Positions 48,445-62,027 of a DNA stretch of 64,000 nucleotides are shown in pieces. The notes under the pieces were generated by a model. It worked only from the letters and a program-made list of their open reading frames with translations. It searched no databases and was not told the DNA's origin. This DNA comes from Chiloscyllium plagiosum (lineage: Eukaryota): contig NC_057719.1 of assembly GCF_004010195.1 (NCBI RefSeq), forward strand, positions 19,944,480 through 20,008,479, read 5' to 3'. Within the stretch, counting starts at the first letter, position 1. Each line of letters opens with the position of its first letter. A program made the translations under genes and the position numbers.

Positions 48445-50620
48445 AAACAAAGAACAAAGAAAATTACAGCACAGGAACAGGCCCTTCGGCCCTCCAAGTC
48501 AGTGCCGATCCAGATCCTCTATCTAAACTTATTGTCCTGTTTGCTAAAGATTTCTCATGACCATTTTGGCCCTCTAAATTTCTCATTTCAGATTGGTCCT
48601 ACATTCCCAATATTCTTCCAAAGCTTTGTCTGTCTTCAGTCACTGAGATCTTTTTCCTCTTAGCTGGTCTCACAATTTCACTTGTCATTCATTGTTCCCT
48701 AATATTGCCATTTCTATCCCTCATTCACACAGGAACATATCTCTCCTGCACTCTAATCAACCTCTCTTTAAAAGCCTCCCACATATCAATGTGGATTTAC
48801 CTTCAGAGAGCTGCTCCCACTCTACTTTCCCCAACTCCTGCTGAATTTTGGTACAGTTGACCTTTGCCCAATTTAACACTCTTCCTTTAGGACCCTTCTC
48901 ACTTTTGTCAATGGGAATTCTAAAACTTACGGAATTGTGATCACTATTCCATAAGTAATCCCCTACTGAAACTTTAAAAACTGGCTGGGCTCATTCCCTA
49001 CACCAGGTTCAGTATGGCCCCTTCCCAAGTTGGACTATTTACATACTGCTCTCAAAAACCCTCCTGGATGCTCCTTACAAATTCTGCTCCATCTACACCT
49101 CTAAAACTAAGTGAATCCCAATCAATGTTGAGAAAATTAAAATCTCCTATCACCACCACCAAGTTGTTCCTATACCATTCCATAATCTATTTACATATTT
49201 GTACTTCTATCCCATGCTCACTGTTGGGAGGCCTGTGGTACAGCCACACTAGATTGTTACTGCACCCATCCTATTTCTCCGCTCAGCCCATATTACCTCA
49301 CCACACAAGTCCTCCTAATGCCCCTTTTACTTCCATCTCTATCCCACCTGAAGCATAAATATCCTAGGATATTTAGTTGCCAATCATGCCCTTCCCTCAA
49401 CCGAGTCTCAGTAATAGCAATAGCATCTTACTCCCACATACTAATCCAAGCCCTAAGTTCATCTGCCTTGCCTATGCACTTTTTGCATTATAATAAATGC
49501 ATCTCAGACCATCAGTTCCTTTGTGTTCATCATCTGTTCCCTGCCTACTCTTCCCCTTAGTCACTCTGACTTCATTATCTAGTTCCTTACAGGCTTTAGT
49601 TACTACCTCCTTACTGTCCACTAATCTCCTCATTTGGTTCCCATCTCATTGCCACATTAGTTTAAACCCTTGCCAACAGTATTAGCAAAAGCACCCTAAA
49701 GGACATTAGTTCCAGATTGGCCCAGGTATAGATCATCCAATTTTTATAGTCCCACCTCCCCCAGAACCAGTCCCAATGTCCCAAAAATCTGAACCTCTCC
49801 CTCCTACACTACTGCTCAAAGCCACGCATTCATTCTACCTATTCTTTCATTTCTACTCTGATGAGTACATGGTACTGGTAGCAATCCTGAGGTCCTAGTT
49901 TTTAACTTGGCTCCTAGCTTCCTAAATCCTGCTTGTAGGACCTCATCCCATTTTTTTACCTCTATCGTTGGTGCCTATATGCACTATGACAACATTCTGT
50001 TCTCCCACCCCTTCAGAATGTTCTGAGCTGATCTGAGACATCTCTGACCCGTGAACCTGGGAGGCAACATACCATTCAGAAATCTTGTTTTTGACTGCAG
50101 AACCACCTATCTACTCCCTGTACAATTACATCCCCATTGACTATAGTCCTTCCACTCTTTTTCCTGCCCTTTTGTACAGCAGAGCCATTCCCAGTGCTAT
50201 AAGCCTGGCGACCGTTGCCTTCCCCTGGTGAGCCAACTCCGGCAATAGTATCCAAAACAGTATAGCTGTTTGGGAAGGAGATGACCACAGGGGACACCTA
50301 CATTTCCTTTCTGCTCTTTTTCTGCCTTTTGGTCACCCATTCCCTTTCTCTCTGAGCAATCCTAATCTGCGTTGTGACCAATTCACTAAATGTGTTATCC
50401 ATGACCCCTTCTGCATTACGTATGCTCCAAAGTAAGTCCTTCCACAGCTCCAGAGCCATCTAGCAGTCTAACAAGAGCTACAGCTGGACACACTTCCTGC
50501 ATGTGAAGGAGTCAGGGACATCAGCAGTGTCCCTGAGCTTCCACATTGAGCAAGAGGAGCATAACACGGGTCTAAGATCTCCTGCCATTTTTAATCTTAA
50601 ACTTAACTTACTATTAACTT
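48445..50620 (-). mobile_element. CR1-clade LINE: ORF1 and APE joined to the 3' end (RT deleted)
   Basis: IVNGDVIVQGVDRWFC (esterase GDS-like) at 50076-50297, APE remnant ~48900-49500, LINE 3' end AACAAAGAACAAAGAAAATTACAGCACAGGAACAGGCCCTTCGGCCC at 48445-48492. Confidence 0.8.
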
Positions 50621-52889
50621 AGTTAAATGGAAAAGGAAAGAAAAGAACAGTTAAAGAGTAACCTATGAAACTTGGGTTGTTCATTTTTAAGGTAAATGCT
50701 ACATTGTCTTAGGGTGAGAGACCATCTAGGTACTTGAATAAATCCAATCAAATTAAGCATTGCCATATTATTGGAAAATTACATCTCAGCACAATGGAGG
50801 TCAAACAGCAGCCAGCAATAATACAAAGACCAGTGCAAACCAAGCTCATAGAGATTACAAAGGTTCAATGGGAACCAATTACAATGAACCCGAGATTTGT
50901 GCATTGGAGAAATATCAATCAGATGTTCTGGCACCTTGATTATCTGAGTATATACACTTTACATCTCCTGTCGTAGCAGTAATGAAGAGTGTTGGCACAA
51001 CCCCAATGAATGATTTGAATCTAGCTAATGACCCCCAATGTTCAAAGGCCATAAAACATTCATGAAGGTCAAGGATGAGGAGGGATAAGAACATACTAGA
51101 TGCCACCCCCTCAGTGAAGATGGCGTGAAATCTCAATGAAGACTGGTAAAGAAGACTAGTAGCAAAACTTATGGCAGAAGACTGTGTGACAAACCAAGAA
51201 GATCCCCCCCTAACCTGAGACACCCAGCTTTATGGAAGAGAGCTAGCCCTATGTTATAGAGGAAGAAGATTACAACAGCTCGGCTCAAACATGTGGATCG
51301 TTGAGGGTAATATCCTTTCTCAGAATGCTAGAGCTGGGTAGAGACGAAATACTGTGGGAATTTGAGAAATGCTTACATAGTGCATTTAGTAAGGGATGTT
51401 TTGTTAATAAAATCAAATTGAACTGCAAACTGAATTTTGTGTCTCTTTGATGCCTCATCAACTAAATTACTTCTGTAGAAGTATTTTTAATATATAATAC
51501 TGGTTGAGGTTTCCAAAGCACAGGCAACAATTACTAAGTAATCATTGGGTTTTAAATGTATACACTGTTTTATTTGAATATTCTTATTAAAATTTGATGT
51601 TATTGATTGTTCAGTTTTCTCATGTTGCCAATGATAAATTTCAGTTAATTTGAAGTATTTGAACTGAACAATCTGAAGTGGATTAATTCCAGGCTTTAAT
51701 TCAAATGGTGAAACCAATTTGAATTCTTCTGATTTATTTACTGCTAAATAAAACACATTTCACTGAAGCTTTTATCTTGTATTTATCAGGACAATTTGTA
51801 AGTAAAGGGAAAACAACATTTATGTTGTGTCAGAGGAGGGAGTTAGTTGAGGATGCTGATTGGTTTAGATTAACTTTATTTATTTATTTTTTATCAGTGT
51901 ATTTTGTTACAAAATGCATGATTGCATCATGCCACCACTCCCCAGAACCATCTTAAAACAGAAATATAAACCAAAACATAGTATATATATATATCATGAA
52001 AGTAAAAAAATGAAAACGTGTTCAACATTACAATCCTTGTTGTAGTGCGCTGTTATGGGCCATGGCAATGGGTCTGATGGCCTGGCACAAACCCCCTTTA
52101 CTGTGCTGCCACTGTTGGACTGAAAGTTGTTCCTCTTCAGCATCATCTCAGCTCCACCGACACTTTTGCCATTACGGGTCCTTGCTGGACCTCGTCAATA
52201 CAGACACCACTGATGCCACCTGGTACCGCACCAGCCTGAAGTATGAAAAGTATCATTCTTGAGGCCTAATTCTCTTACATTAATTAAGTTTTTATGAGAG
52301 AACAAAATAAGTAGTAAAGTACATTAGGCTTCAGTTAAAAGTATCTACAATGGTGTTTCTTGTTTTGACTTCAGGGAAACATCCATAGATAAGAAATCCC
52401 TTTCTATATCTGAGGCTAGATAGTTTGTCCTGAAGAAGAGAGATAATTTAGCATGTTTAAGAAACAAGTGTTGTTTCAGTTTAAGGAGTTTAATTTTAGA
52501 GTTTTTGGTATTTATTTATTACTATGAATGGGACATTTGAGGATGAGAAAGTCTAAGCTTAGATGTGTGGAAACTCAAGGAAGAGGTTATTAGATTCTCT
52601 AGACCAATAATTGAACCATTAAATCTATAGATGTGATAAAGAATGGACTCTTTGGTGTGAGTACTAGAAAAGGCTGTTATTAAGATTAATGAGATTCTAT
52701 TTTTCCATGGGTTTCAAAATCTTTAAACTGGTGACTCTATCTAAATAGTCTGTTTTACTCTAAATTTTCTTCACTTCCTTTGTGTAATACACTTGTATTT
52801 TATTTTATAAAGTCAAATCTGCAGAATTCTACAGAAAGACCACCTCAGTAAATTGAAAATAAATGAAAATATCATCTATCAAAGCAAGT

Positions 52890-53213
52890 GGGGGGTGGCA
52901 GGGTGGTCCAGTGGTTAGCACATCTGCCTTACAATGCTAGGGACCCAGGTTTGATTTTAGCCTTGGGCAGCTATCTGTGTGGAGTTTGCACATTCTCCCC
53001 ACGTCTGTGCTGGTTTCCTCTGGGTGCTCTAGTTTTCTTCCATGGTCACAAAGATGTGCAGGTTAGCTAAATTGCCCATTGTGTTCAATGATGTGTAGGT
53101 TAGGTGCTTTAGTCAGGGGAAATGTAAAGTAACAGAGTAGGGGATACTGTTCAGAGTGTTGGTGTGGACTTGTTGGGCCAAATGGCCTGTTTCCACACTG
53201 TAGAGATTCTATG
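52890..53213 (+). mobile_element. HE1-type SINE
   Basis: GTGGTCCAGTGGTTAGCAC head; GGCCTGTTTCCACACTGTAGAGATTCTATGA tail. Confidence 0.88.
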
Positions 53214-53769
53214 AAGATTTCAGTCTAGCTTGTCCAGTAATTACATTTGCTGAGATCATCATAACAGATACCAGGAATTAGTCAACTCTTTTAGTGCCGA
53301 ATAAATGATCAGATTGCTTGCAGTATCCATATTGTTTGTAAATATTTCTCTGCAAACTACACAGCCTCAGAAACATCGCAAGCTATTAAACTGTGCAGTG
53401 TCTTTGTAATTCTTTGTATAATTGAGTCTTATTTTTCTTTTAAAATAAAAATAAATTGCATAAACTGAGGAGTTTTGAGCCATGTTACCTCCTTAAAAGC
53501 TCTCTCTCTGGCTCAGTCTCTGGGTGTGTAAGGATGCTTCCTCTCTCTCTCTCTCTGAATGGTCAGCTGGTCTCTGCCTCTTGCCATGCTGCTGCCCTCG
53601 AAGGCTCCAGCAGATTCATGAGAGAGGTCTGCAGGTGACCCATGTTTTTATACTTTTCTGGATGGTTTTCTGGAGATTTCTCTAGTTCTGGCCAATCAGG
53701 GAGACTCACGTAATAGTTTGAAACAGATTCAATCATTTGGATGTCTTGCTACTGTTTCTTTCTTTGATG

Positions 53770-53935
53770 AAAACAAAAAGTGTTGGAGATCACAGTGGGT
53801 CAGTCAGCATCCATAGAGACAAAACAAGCTAATGTTTCAAGGCTAGATTACTCTCCACCAGAGCTTCAGTTGACTGTTGTGATCTCCAGGATGTTTTGTT
53901 TTCAGTGCAGTTTCCAGCATCTACAGTCATTTCCT
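53770..53935. mobile_element. Decayed PLE pseudo-LTR fragment
   Basis: GTGTTGGAGATCACAG..GTCAGCATCC followed by TTTCCAGCATCTACAGT. Similar remnant at 55130-55305. Confidence 0.5.
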
Positions 53936-54475
53936 CCTAAATCCTGTTTGTTTCTTTGTCTAGCAGGACCTGTTGCCTTTCTGTATTGGTCCTCCTTTGT
54001 TCAGTGGATACTTTATTGGGGGTGCGTCTATTCAGGATAGTTGTTGTCTTTTACATTATGCAATGCCATTACCACTTGGCTGCTGTGTTTGCACTGTGTC
54101 TGATGTATGGGTTTTTATGACTTCTGGATTTTACTTGGCCAATGTAGCCAGCATCCCTTCCTGTGTGGCCAAGTTAGCAATCTATCTGGGTTTTAGCAGC
54201 CAGGAGGCTGAATGCTGTGCAATCCATATTTACTTCAGATGTTTTGTATCAAGGTATTTCTTTAATAGAGAAGTTTGTTGTTAAGTCAAAAGCCAAAAGC
54301 TGTAACTGCGTGATTTTTGTTCTTTATAAAGTTCTGAACTCCAAGAACCATTGTAAAAGGGGAATGGGACTGCTTACAGAAGGCAACCCATAAAGACAGT
54401 GCTGCTTAATTTGGGTCAAGTGTTTTAGCTTTGATTTCATGAGGGATGAATAGAATTGTAAACAATGTTCAAATT

Positions 54476-54567
54476 CCTGAAGAAGGGCTTATGCCTGAAA
54501 TATCGATTCTCCTGCTACTGCGGATGCTGCCTGGCCTGCTGTGTTTTTCCAGCACCACATTTTTCAA
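54476..54567 (+). mobile_element. ~92-bp hammerhead-first PLE mini-insert with 8-bp TSD
   Basis: TTCAAATT at 54468-54475 and 54568-54575. The insert starts CCTGAAGAAGGGCTTATGCCTGAAATATC. Confidence 0.82.
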
Positions 54568-57500
54568 TTCAAATTTTAGTCTATAATGTTTGTGCAATTT
54601 CAAGTTCAGAATTAAGACTTTAGTATTGATCTTTCTCAGATAATGAAATTGTTGATGACACCAAGCGTTACAGTAGCATTCTTCCAGGGGTATTGTTCGA
54701 ATCTGAGGGGTACTTTGAAGTATACAGCATTATTGAAAATCATGAGGAGGCACAATAGAGCCATTTCTGAACCTATGTCAGGCTCCCATGTCACCAAATC
54801 ACACACAATAATGCAGCCACTTCACAGAAATTTTTATAGTGAGAGATGGTTTCATTTTACAACCTCACAGCGAAAAAAAGCTTCAGCAAACAATTCAAAC
54901 AGAAAATCTATTGTGTACATGATAAATCAGTACTGTTTATGACACATGAAACACAGTAAATTCTGCTTATCTGGAAGTGCACACAGCCAGAAGGAAGGCG
55001 TGTGGATAAAACAAGCTTTTATTAAAAATAATGTTTTTCATTGAGGAACTTGTGGGAAGGGTCAAGGTCCAGGGAGCAAGGACTGACAGATTACAAGAGC
55101 AAAATTAAATAAGCTAAAATCAATTAAAAGTAAAACACTGCGGACACTGCAGAATTGAAATAAAACGGAAAGTGCTGGAGAAACTCAACGAGTTGGACAG
55201 CAGCTGTGATGAGAGAAAAAGAGAGTTAAGGTTTTGAGCCTGTTTTGACTCTTCTTTAGAAAGTCAAAAAATTATCACCATTTTCTCTCCACAGATGCTG
55301 CTAGATAAATTCAGATCATGTTGTTTGTATTTTTTTTCCTCAGGACACTTAGTGTTACCAACCATGTCGACATTTATTGCCCATTTTCACAGTTCCATGT
55401 GAAAGGGGTACTGGACATTCTGATTTGTTGCCCTGCCTATTAGGTATGGTGTTCTAGAATATTGACTGCACATTGATGAACGAATGACAATATATTTCCA
55501 ATAGAGAATCTCATAGAAGGTGATAGCACCTGTTTCCTTCTATGGTACTGGGGGGTACTATCAAATGCTTTTAGTTTGTCAGGACAACAAAAGGACACAA
55601 AATATTCATGTTTTTTTGAGGAAATCTATAAAAATAATCAAACAGCTTTTGTGGTGTGAGTGTTGGTGTCCCTATGTCTGGGTCAAAGTTCAAGTCCCAC
55701 TTGTCAGAGAGGTATGTTATAAAATATCCTAATAAGTTGATTTTTTAAAAATAAAAGTAATTGTTCAGTTATAAAGCATAACACATACAACATACAGCAT
55801 TATCGAGATTGAACCAGTGATGAGCTAAATGGAGGATGTGTCACGACAACCTTCTTGATTTCTGTCCCCAGGAGGAAACATTCCAAAGTCAGACAGTACA
55901 GCACTTCATCATAAAAGCAAATAACTAGGACTGGATTCTACGGCTGCCCACCACACCAGGTGTGGTTTCAGTAAGGGGTGTACAAAATATATTAAGTGCC
56001 TACCAGCTTCCTGTCCAGGTCTGACTTAACCTGTCTAATACCCCCATTAAGACTCCTAATTGGCCACTTAAAGACTTCAATACATTTCCATTGACATAAT
56101 GTTTAGGGAAGAGGACTGGGGGAGAAAATGTGCTACCAATGGAAAGGCAGGAAGAAAGGGAGCATATTCTTTGGGACAGGGAATGTCATGGGTGCATCAG
56201 GGGCAGTCCTCTAAGTATCATTCCAACTGTTTGTGCCTCCTTACCTGGCCTGCAAATCATGCCTCACATTCTTCTTTAGAAGGGTGCTCAATCCCTCTGC
56301 TTCCAAAAATGCATAACATGCTTGCTTTTCGTATTCATGACACTTCTTTGTCCCATCGGCGCCCACTGCTTTCTGATGGCACTATGGGGTTGCAATAATT
56401 CCTGGTCAATCGGATTGGCCAAAAGCTTGAGTGGGACACTTCTTGCACTGTGGAGTGGAAGTCCTCACATTGACAAAGAAGCTACTCTGCAGGAATGATG
56501 CATATAAGGCAGCCTAAACGATGTTGAGTGGTTTGCAGTCAACATTTTTTACTTGGGGTATGGCAGAGTCAAGTAATAAAATTTGGGTTTCGAACCTAGA
56601 GCCTCTTGAATTAAGACAATAGGGTTTTCATTCAGCCAATTATGGTGCATAAAAGCAAAATAGTTTTATGCACAGGGCAACTGGGGCAATAGGCAAAACT
56701 GAAGATGATGCCGTAAATTACAAGAGGACGTAATCATGCTTACAAAGTGAACAAATAATTGGAAAGGTTTTACATGGAAATGTAATATGCGCATTGACCC
56801 AATTAAATTCCTTCATGAATTTAAAGAACTTTTAGCTCGCTCTTTTCTACAGAAAACAGCCACATCCTGTTTAAACTTTCTTGGGAATTACATTGTCTCA
56901 TCTCTGGTGTCACCTAAATACATTTTTTTTTGCATAATATCCAGTGGTCTATATCCTTTTGTAATCTGGAGTCTAGACTGTATATGGTCCTCTAAGTGTG
57001 TTCCATAGATCTATTTACATTAAACATTTTCAAACAAATATTTCTTGTATTTGGGTATGAGCTGCCTGAAATGGTAGCAGATTTAGTAGTTATTCCTGAA
57101 GGTTTGACTATGTAAAGTATTTTACATGTAGACAAACAAATCAGAATCACAGATTAATTTGCTTATGTGATTTTTTTCCTGTCTGCTTCCAGGCTGGTAT
57201 TGCTGCATGTTGAACAAAAGATCCAGTGTTCTAACACACACTGAAAACAAATGAGAATGCTCTGAGGGTTTTTGCAATGGCCCATGGTAATAGTTACTGT
57301 TTTAGTGGTGAATAGGGATTATATTTCAAATTAAGTCAACTCTTTGCATGTGTAAACTATGGCTGAGGAAGCACAGTAATGTTACCTCTGTTGCTATTTC
57401 ACCTTAGCTGTAGAAACTAAATGTTCGTCCATATCTGGCAGATTGCACCTTCCATATGTTCATTTCTTAGCCTGGTGCTCAGTGTCATTTTAAGTAATCT

Positions 57501-57834
57501 CAGATCAACAGCTGGAGGTATCAACTGGATTGATGTTAAATAATTCAATAGAAGTAAATAAGCAGTTATTTGTTTATTTATTGAAGCCTTATTTATACAG
57601 TCACACAAATAGCCATGTAACTATATGTAATTTAGTTTACAATCCTGAGTAGGGCATCTGTTTATAAGGGGATAATACCAATACTTCACTCACAGGGTGG
57701 AGGTTTTCACAGTAGCTTTTAGTTATTTTCAAAAGTAGTAATTAAGAGACAGAGACAAATGAAATTCCAATGATGTTATATACAACCAAAGATAATGTAT
57801 CATTATTACAAATTCTTAGACAATGCTGAATTTG

Positions 57835-58860
57835 TAGAGTCATTGAGACTTTACAGCACAGAAGGAGATGATACAGCCCATTGAGGTCTCTGTCAGCTAC
57901 TCATAGAGGAATCCTGTTAATCCTATCCCTCCTTGTTTGATCCATGTCACTCTGCAAATGTATTTTTTTCAATCGTCTATCCAATTATCTTTTCAAAATC
58001 ATTGATAACTTCTGCTATCCCTTTTGTAGGCAGCAAGTTTCAAACCATCAACATTTGTTGAGTACAAAAGCTCTTCCTCACATTTCTCATGTGTAATTTG
58101 CCACAGTTATTTAGTTGATGTGCCCTAATCCTTCTACTATTAGGTATTACAGTCAGTGATGCCCACACCCCATGACAGAATTAGAAAAATAATAATCAGA
58201 ACAATTTTCCAGCCACAATTGTGTCCATGTCTATCAAATCTCTGCTCAAACTCCAAAGAGAATAGCTTCAATCTCCAGTATTGTAACTAATGTTCCAAAC
58301 CTTGGAAGCATTCTGGTAAGTCGCCTCTGTAACTTTGAAGGACTTTCACTTCTTTCCTGAATTGTGGTGACCAGAATGCAAATGCTCCAGCTGGAGCCTA
58401 ACCAGAATTTTCAAATGGTTCAGCATTCCTTCCTTGCTTTTGTACTTGAAATAATGCCTCAGATGGCAGCCCATCACCAATCACCCTTCATTCACAAATG
58501 TACTGCCTTTGACAATAGTACTGCCTCTCATTGAGTCAGACATACAGGGCCTCATATCCCTGACATGCATTCTTTTTATGTCAGCCAGGGCTCCCTGATT
58601 GAGTCAGATAAACAGTCCCAATGAGGGAACTCATATTCTATGATGTCAAGCTGGCTAACCTCACTACAATCACTACAGTACTCAATGCCTCTATTAATGA
58701 AGCCAAACACCAATATACTCTCCTAAATGTTGTATTTAAATGTCCTGCCAGCTTTAAAGAAGAAAGCCCATTTGCTCATCTGATCATGTGCACTTCAGAA
58801 TTATGCTACTATGTCAATTTATTTTGTTTCTGTTTTCTGTGAACCTTTGCCTGTCCCAGT
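57835..58860 (-). mobile_element. Old CR1-clade LINE 3' part
   Basis: TAGAGTCATTGAGACTTTACAGCACAGAA tail; TGGTGACCAGAA and TTGTACT|CAATGCCTCT homology to younger copies. Confidence 0.65.
58447..58677 (-). mobile_element. Solo LTR (231 bp), TG...CA, 5-bp TSD
   Basis: GTACT at 58442-58446 and 58678-58682. Removing the insert restores the host LINE sequence. Orientation is tentative, from a TATA-like CATAAAAA on the minus strand. Confidence 0.8.
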
Positions 58861-59479
58861 TTTCCTATGCTATATCTACAGCATGGCTGCTGCAAATGAA
58901 TGGGGACTGCAAGACAACCTAAATCTACTCTGGATTTAGAAGGTCCAATTCAAACTGTATCATTCTGGCATGGGTGGCAACAGTCTGGTCTGGCTGACTG
59001 ATGAGGAAGGGCACTGGTGCAGTGGCAGGTATGGGAAAAAAAATCTTTCATCCCAAAGTGGGATTCACGCTCCCAGGAGTTGCCTGGGACAACATTTCAG
59101 CAATTCCATAAAAAACAGATTGCTAGATGCTGTAACACCCTCCAAGACTCATTGAACAGTGCCTTGTTCACAGCAGTTTGAGCTGCATGTCTGAGTTTCC
59201 AACATTGCTATCAGCTATTGGGTGGATTCTCCTTGCTTTGCAACGGAAGGTAAGAGATTGGCTAGCTTTGCTGTTTCATTGTTGGGATTTAATATTCACA
59301 AATGGAGTTGCCATGACTTCCATGTTGGAAAGAATGAGGTCTGTGCAAATCTTGTGTAGAAATCCTCTGTACTCCAAGACGTTGTTTTCTGGCAGACCAG
59401 GCAATGCTCCATAGTATTGTACATAATTATTAGACTTCTTAAACCTGTCCCAATTGAGACTCAGATTTTACATATTTTT

Positions 59480-59880
59480 AGGTTGTGAGCAACCCTGCCA
59501 AGATGAGCAATCGTTACCTAATTACCATTGAACTGAGGAGGTTGCTAGGGTCAAAGTCAGGTAAAGATTTCAGTGATCAGTTAAATCCCAAGCCACATTG
59601 CTCTGGTCTGCAGTCAAATGCAAACCAGACCAAATGGGGATGGCAGATTTCCTCCCCAAAGGGACATGAACATACCAGATTTCTAAGAAGGTGACAACTA
59701 TTTCATGATGGTTTTCAGATATATACTTATCCAGTTTGATATTTGGTCATCATTACTGAATCTAGTTTTCAATCCCAGATTTTAAATAACTGAATTCAAA
59801 TGCCATCAGCTGCTGTGGTAGGATTTGAACTTGTGTCCCTAGAATATTATTGTGGACCTATATCCAGAGTCTAAATGCTA
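59480..59880 (-). mobile_element. tRNA SINE (family C), decayed
   Basis: TGAATTCAAATGCCATCAGCTGCTGTGGTAGGATTTGAAC is the reverse complement of 36222-36262. Confidence 0.7.
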
Positions 59881-60881
59881 CCCAAAATCCTCTGTAATAG
59901 AATTCATCTGAAATTTCAAAAACAAAATCAGTTGTTCTCTGAATAGGAGCAATGTGCTGAATTACAGCGAGGAAGATGAGGTGACATGAAACGCGTATTT
60001 GGAGAGGCAGTGCAGACATGACAGGCTGAATTGATCTTCATCTGCACTTTGGCAAACCCGTGATTCTGGGTGGGCTGTATCTGTGTTAATAAAGTTACAA
60101 AAATAATGTCAAATGGGAAGGAGGAGCACTTAAAATCATCCACGTCTGAGTGTGAAGGGCATGTGAAGAAAAGCAATCGCATCCATGATGTTTATAACAT
60201 ATTGATCCAAAGGAATTGTCTGAGCTGAATAAATAGAGAGTTGGAGACTGTGAACTACAGACTTTGTGAACGTTTATTGCTTAAGGTATGAACTTTCTCA
60301 GCAGATTCTGCTACTCTCATGATGCTGCACTCGTCACATTCCATAAGCACTGGTTGTATGAGACCAAAGAGCACGAAGCAGATGTAAGCCTTAAACACTC
60401 TTTGACATTTCAAAAGAGTTTTTTATCAGTGACTGCTGAGCTAGACTGGGATATTTGTGCCTTGGCAGGCCTATGCAACTCAATGATGAATCCAGATATA
60501 ATGTAGTTGTGCTGAGATGGTAAGTGACGAAGCTTTAGACATTGCAATGTTTCTCCTTCTAAATGCCTATTGCATTGGCTTCTTAACCCAGGCTGGCGAG
60601 TCTGCTTCACAAGCACAGTCAAAGTGGAGGAGAGAGGAAGATTCGAGCATGTGAGGGGGTGGGAGAGTTGATGACCATTGGGTGTGTAGTAAAATGGTGA
60701 TTCATTTTTTGAAATCCATTAATTGAGTATTGGGGCAAGACCAGTGAGACCAGTGTGCATTATCCATCTTTAACAGCCCCACAGAATGTGGGAGTGAGCT
60801 GCTTTCTTGAATCACTGCAGTCCTGCAGCTACAGATACTCACAATGTCATTAAGGAGCAAGTTCCTAGAGTTTCATCTCGT

Positions 60882-61201
60882 GATTAGTTTAGATTCAATT
60901 CGATTACTTACAGTGGGGAACTGGCCCTTCGGCCCAACATCGACCCACTGAAGCACAACCTACCCAGACCCATTCACCTACATTTACCCCTTCACCTAAT
61001 ACTACGGGCAATTTAGCATGGCCAATTCACCCAACCTGCACATTTTTGGACTGTGGGAGGAAACCGGAGCACTCGGAGGAAACCCACGCAGACACAGGGA
61101 GAATGTGCAAACTCCACACAGACAGTTGCTTGAGGCAGGAATTGAACCTGGGTCTCTGGCGCTGTGAGGCAACAGTGCTAACCACTGTGTCACTGCGCCG
61201 C
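60882..61201 (-). mobile_element. HE1-type SINE
   Basis: Close reverse-complement match to 29521-29835. Confidence 0.92.
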
Positions 61202-61556
61202 TGCTAGTGAGCGTAAAGAAATAATATTTTTCTAAATCAGAATGGTTTTTGGCTTGGAGGAGAACTGACATTTGCTGACTTTGCCATAAATCTACTGCCC
61301 TTGTCCTTCTCAGTGGTACAGGCTTGGGAAGTGCTGTCAAAGGTCCTTTGGTGAAGTAATGCAGTGTATCTTGAAGATGGAACACACGGCTGCCATTGTG
61401 TGTCGGTGGTGACGGAACTGAATGTTGAAAGTGGTAGATGAAATACTAATCTAATGGGTGCTTTGTCCCGAGTAGTGTCAGGCTTCCTGAGTGTTACTGG
61501 AACTGCACCATCCAGGAAAATGGAGAGTATTCATCACACTCCTGACTTGTACCTTC

Positions 61557-62027
61557 TAGATAGAGTCATTGAGACGTATAGCATGGAAACAGACCCTTCA
61601 TTCCAACTTGTCCATACCAACCAGATATCCCAAAGTAATCTAGTCCCATTTACCAGCATTTGGCCAATATCCCTCTAAACCCTTCCTGTTCATATACTTA
61701 TCTAGGTGCCTTTTAGAAGTTATAATTGTAACAGTCTTCACCTCTTCCCCTGGCAGCTCAGTCCATACATATACCACCGTTTGCGTGACAAAGTTGCTCT
61801 ATAGGTCCTTTTAAAATCTTTCCCCTTTCACTTTAAACATATGCCCTCTAGTTTTGGACTCCCACACCCCAGGGAAAAGACCTTGGCTGTCCATCCTATC
61901 TATGCCCCTCATGATTGTATAAACCTGTATAAGGTCACTCTTTAGCCGCTGATGCTGCATGGAAAATAGCCCCAACTTACAGCTCAAACCCTGCAACCCT
62001 AGCAACCTCCTTGTACATCTTTTCTGA
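61557..62027 (-). mobile_element. HER1/CR1-type LINE 3' fragment
   Basis: ORF 61811-62005: LGLFSM..LKSDLIQVYTIMRG..KTRGHMFKVKGERF. Confidence 0.9.

Noticed and set aside
50730..51350. Possible Gypsy integrase C-terminal remnant (VHWRNINQM)
   Set aside because: The similarity is too faint to support without a search.
55925..56590. Possible old MITE / DNA transposon
   Set aside because: I could not verify terminal inverted repeats or a TSD.
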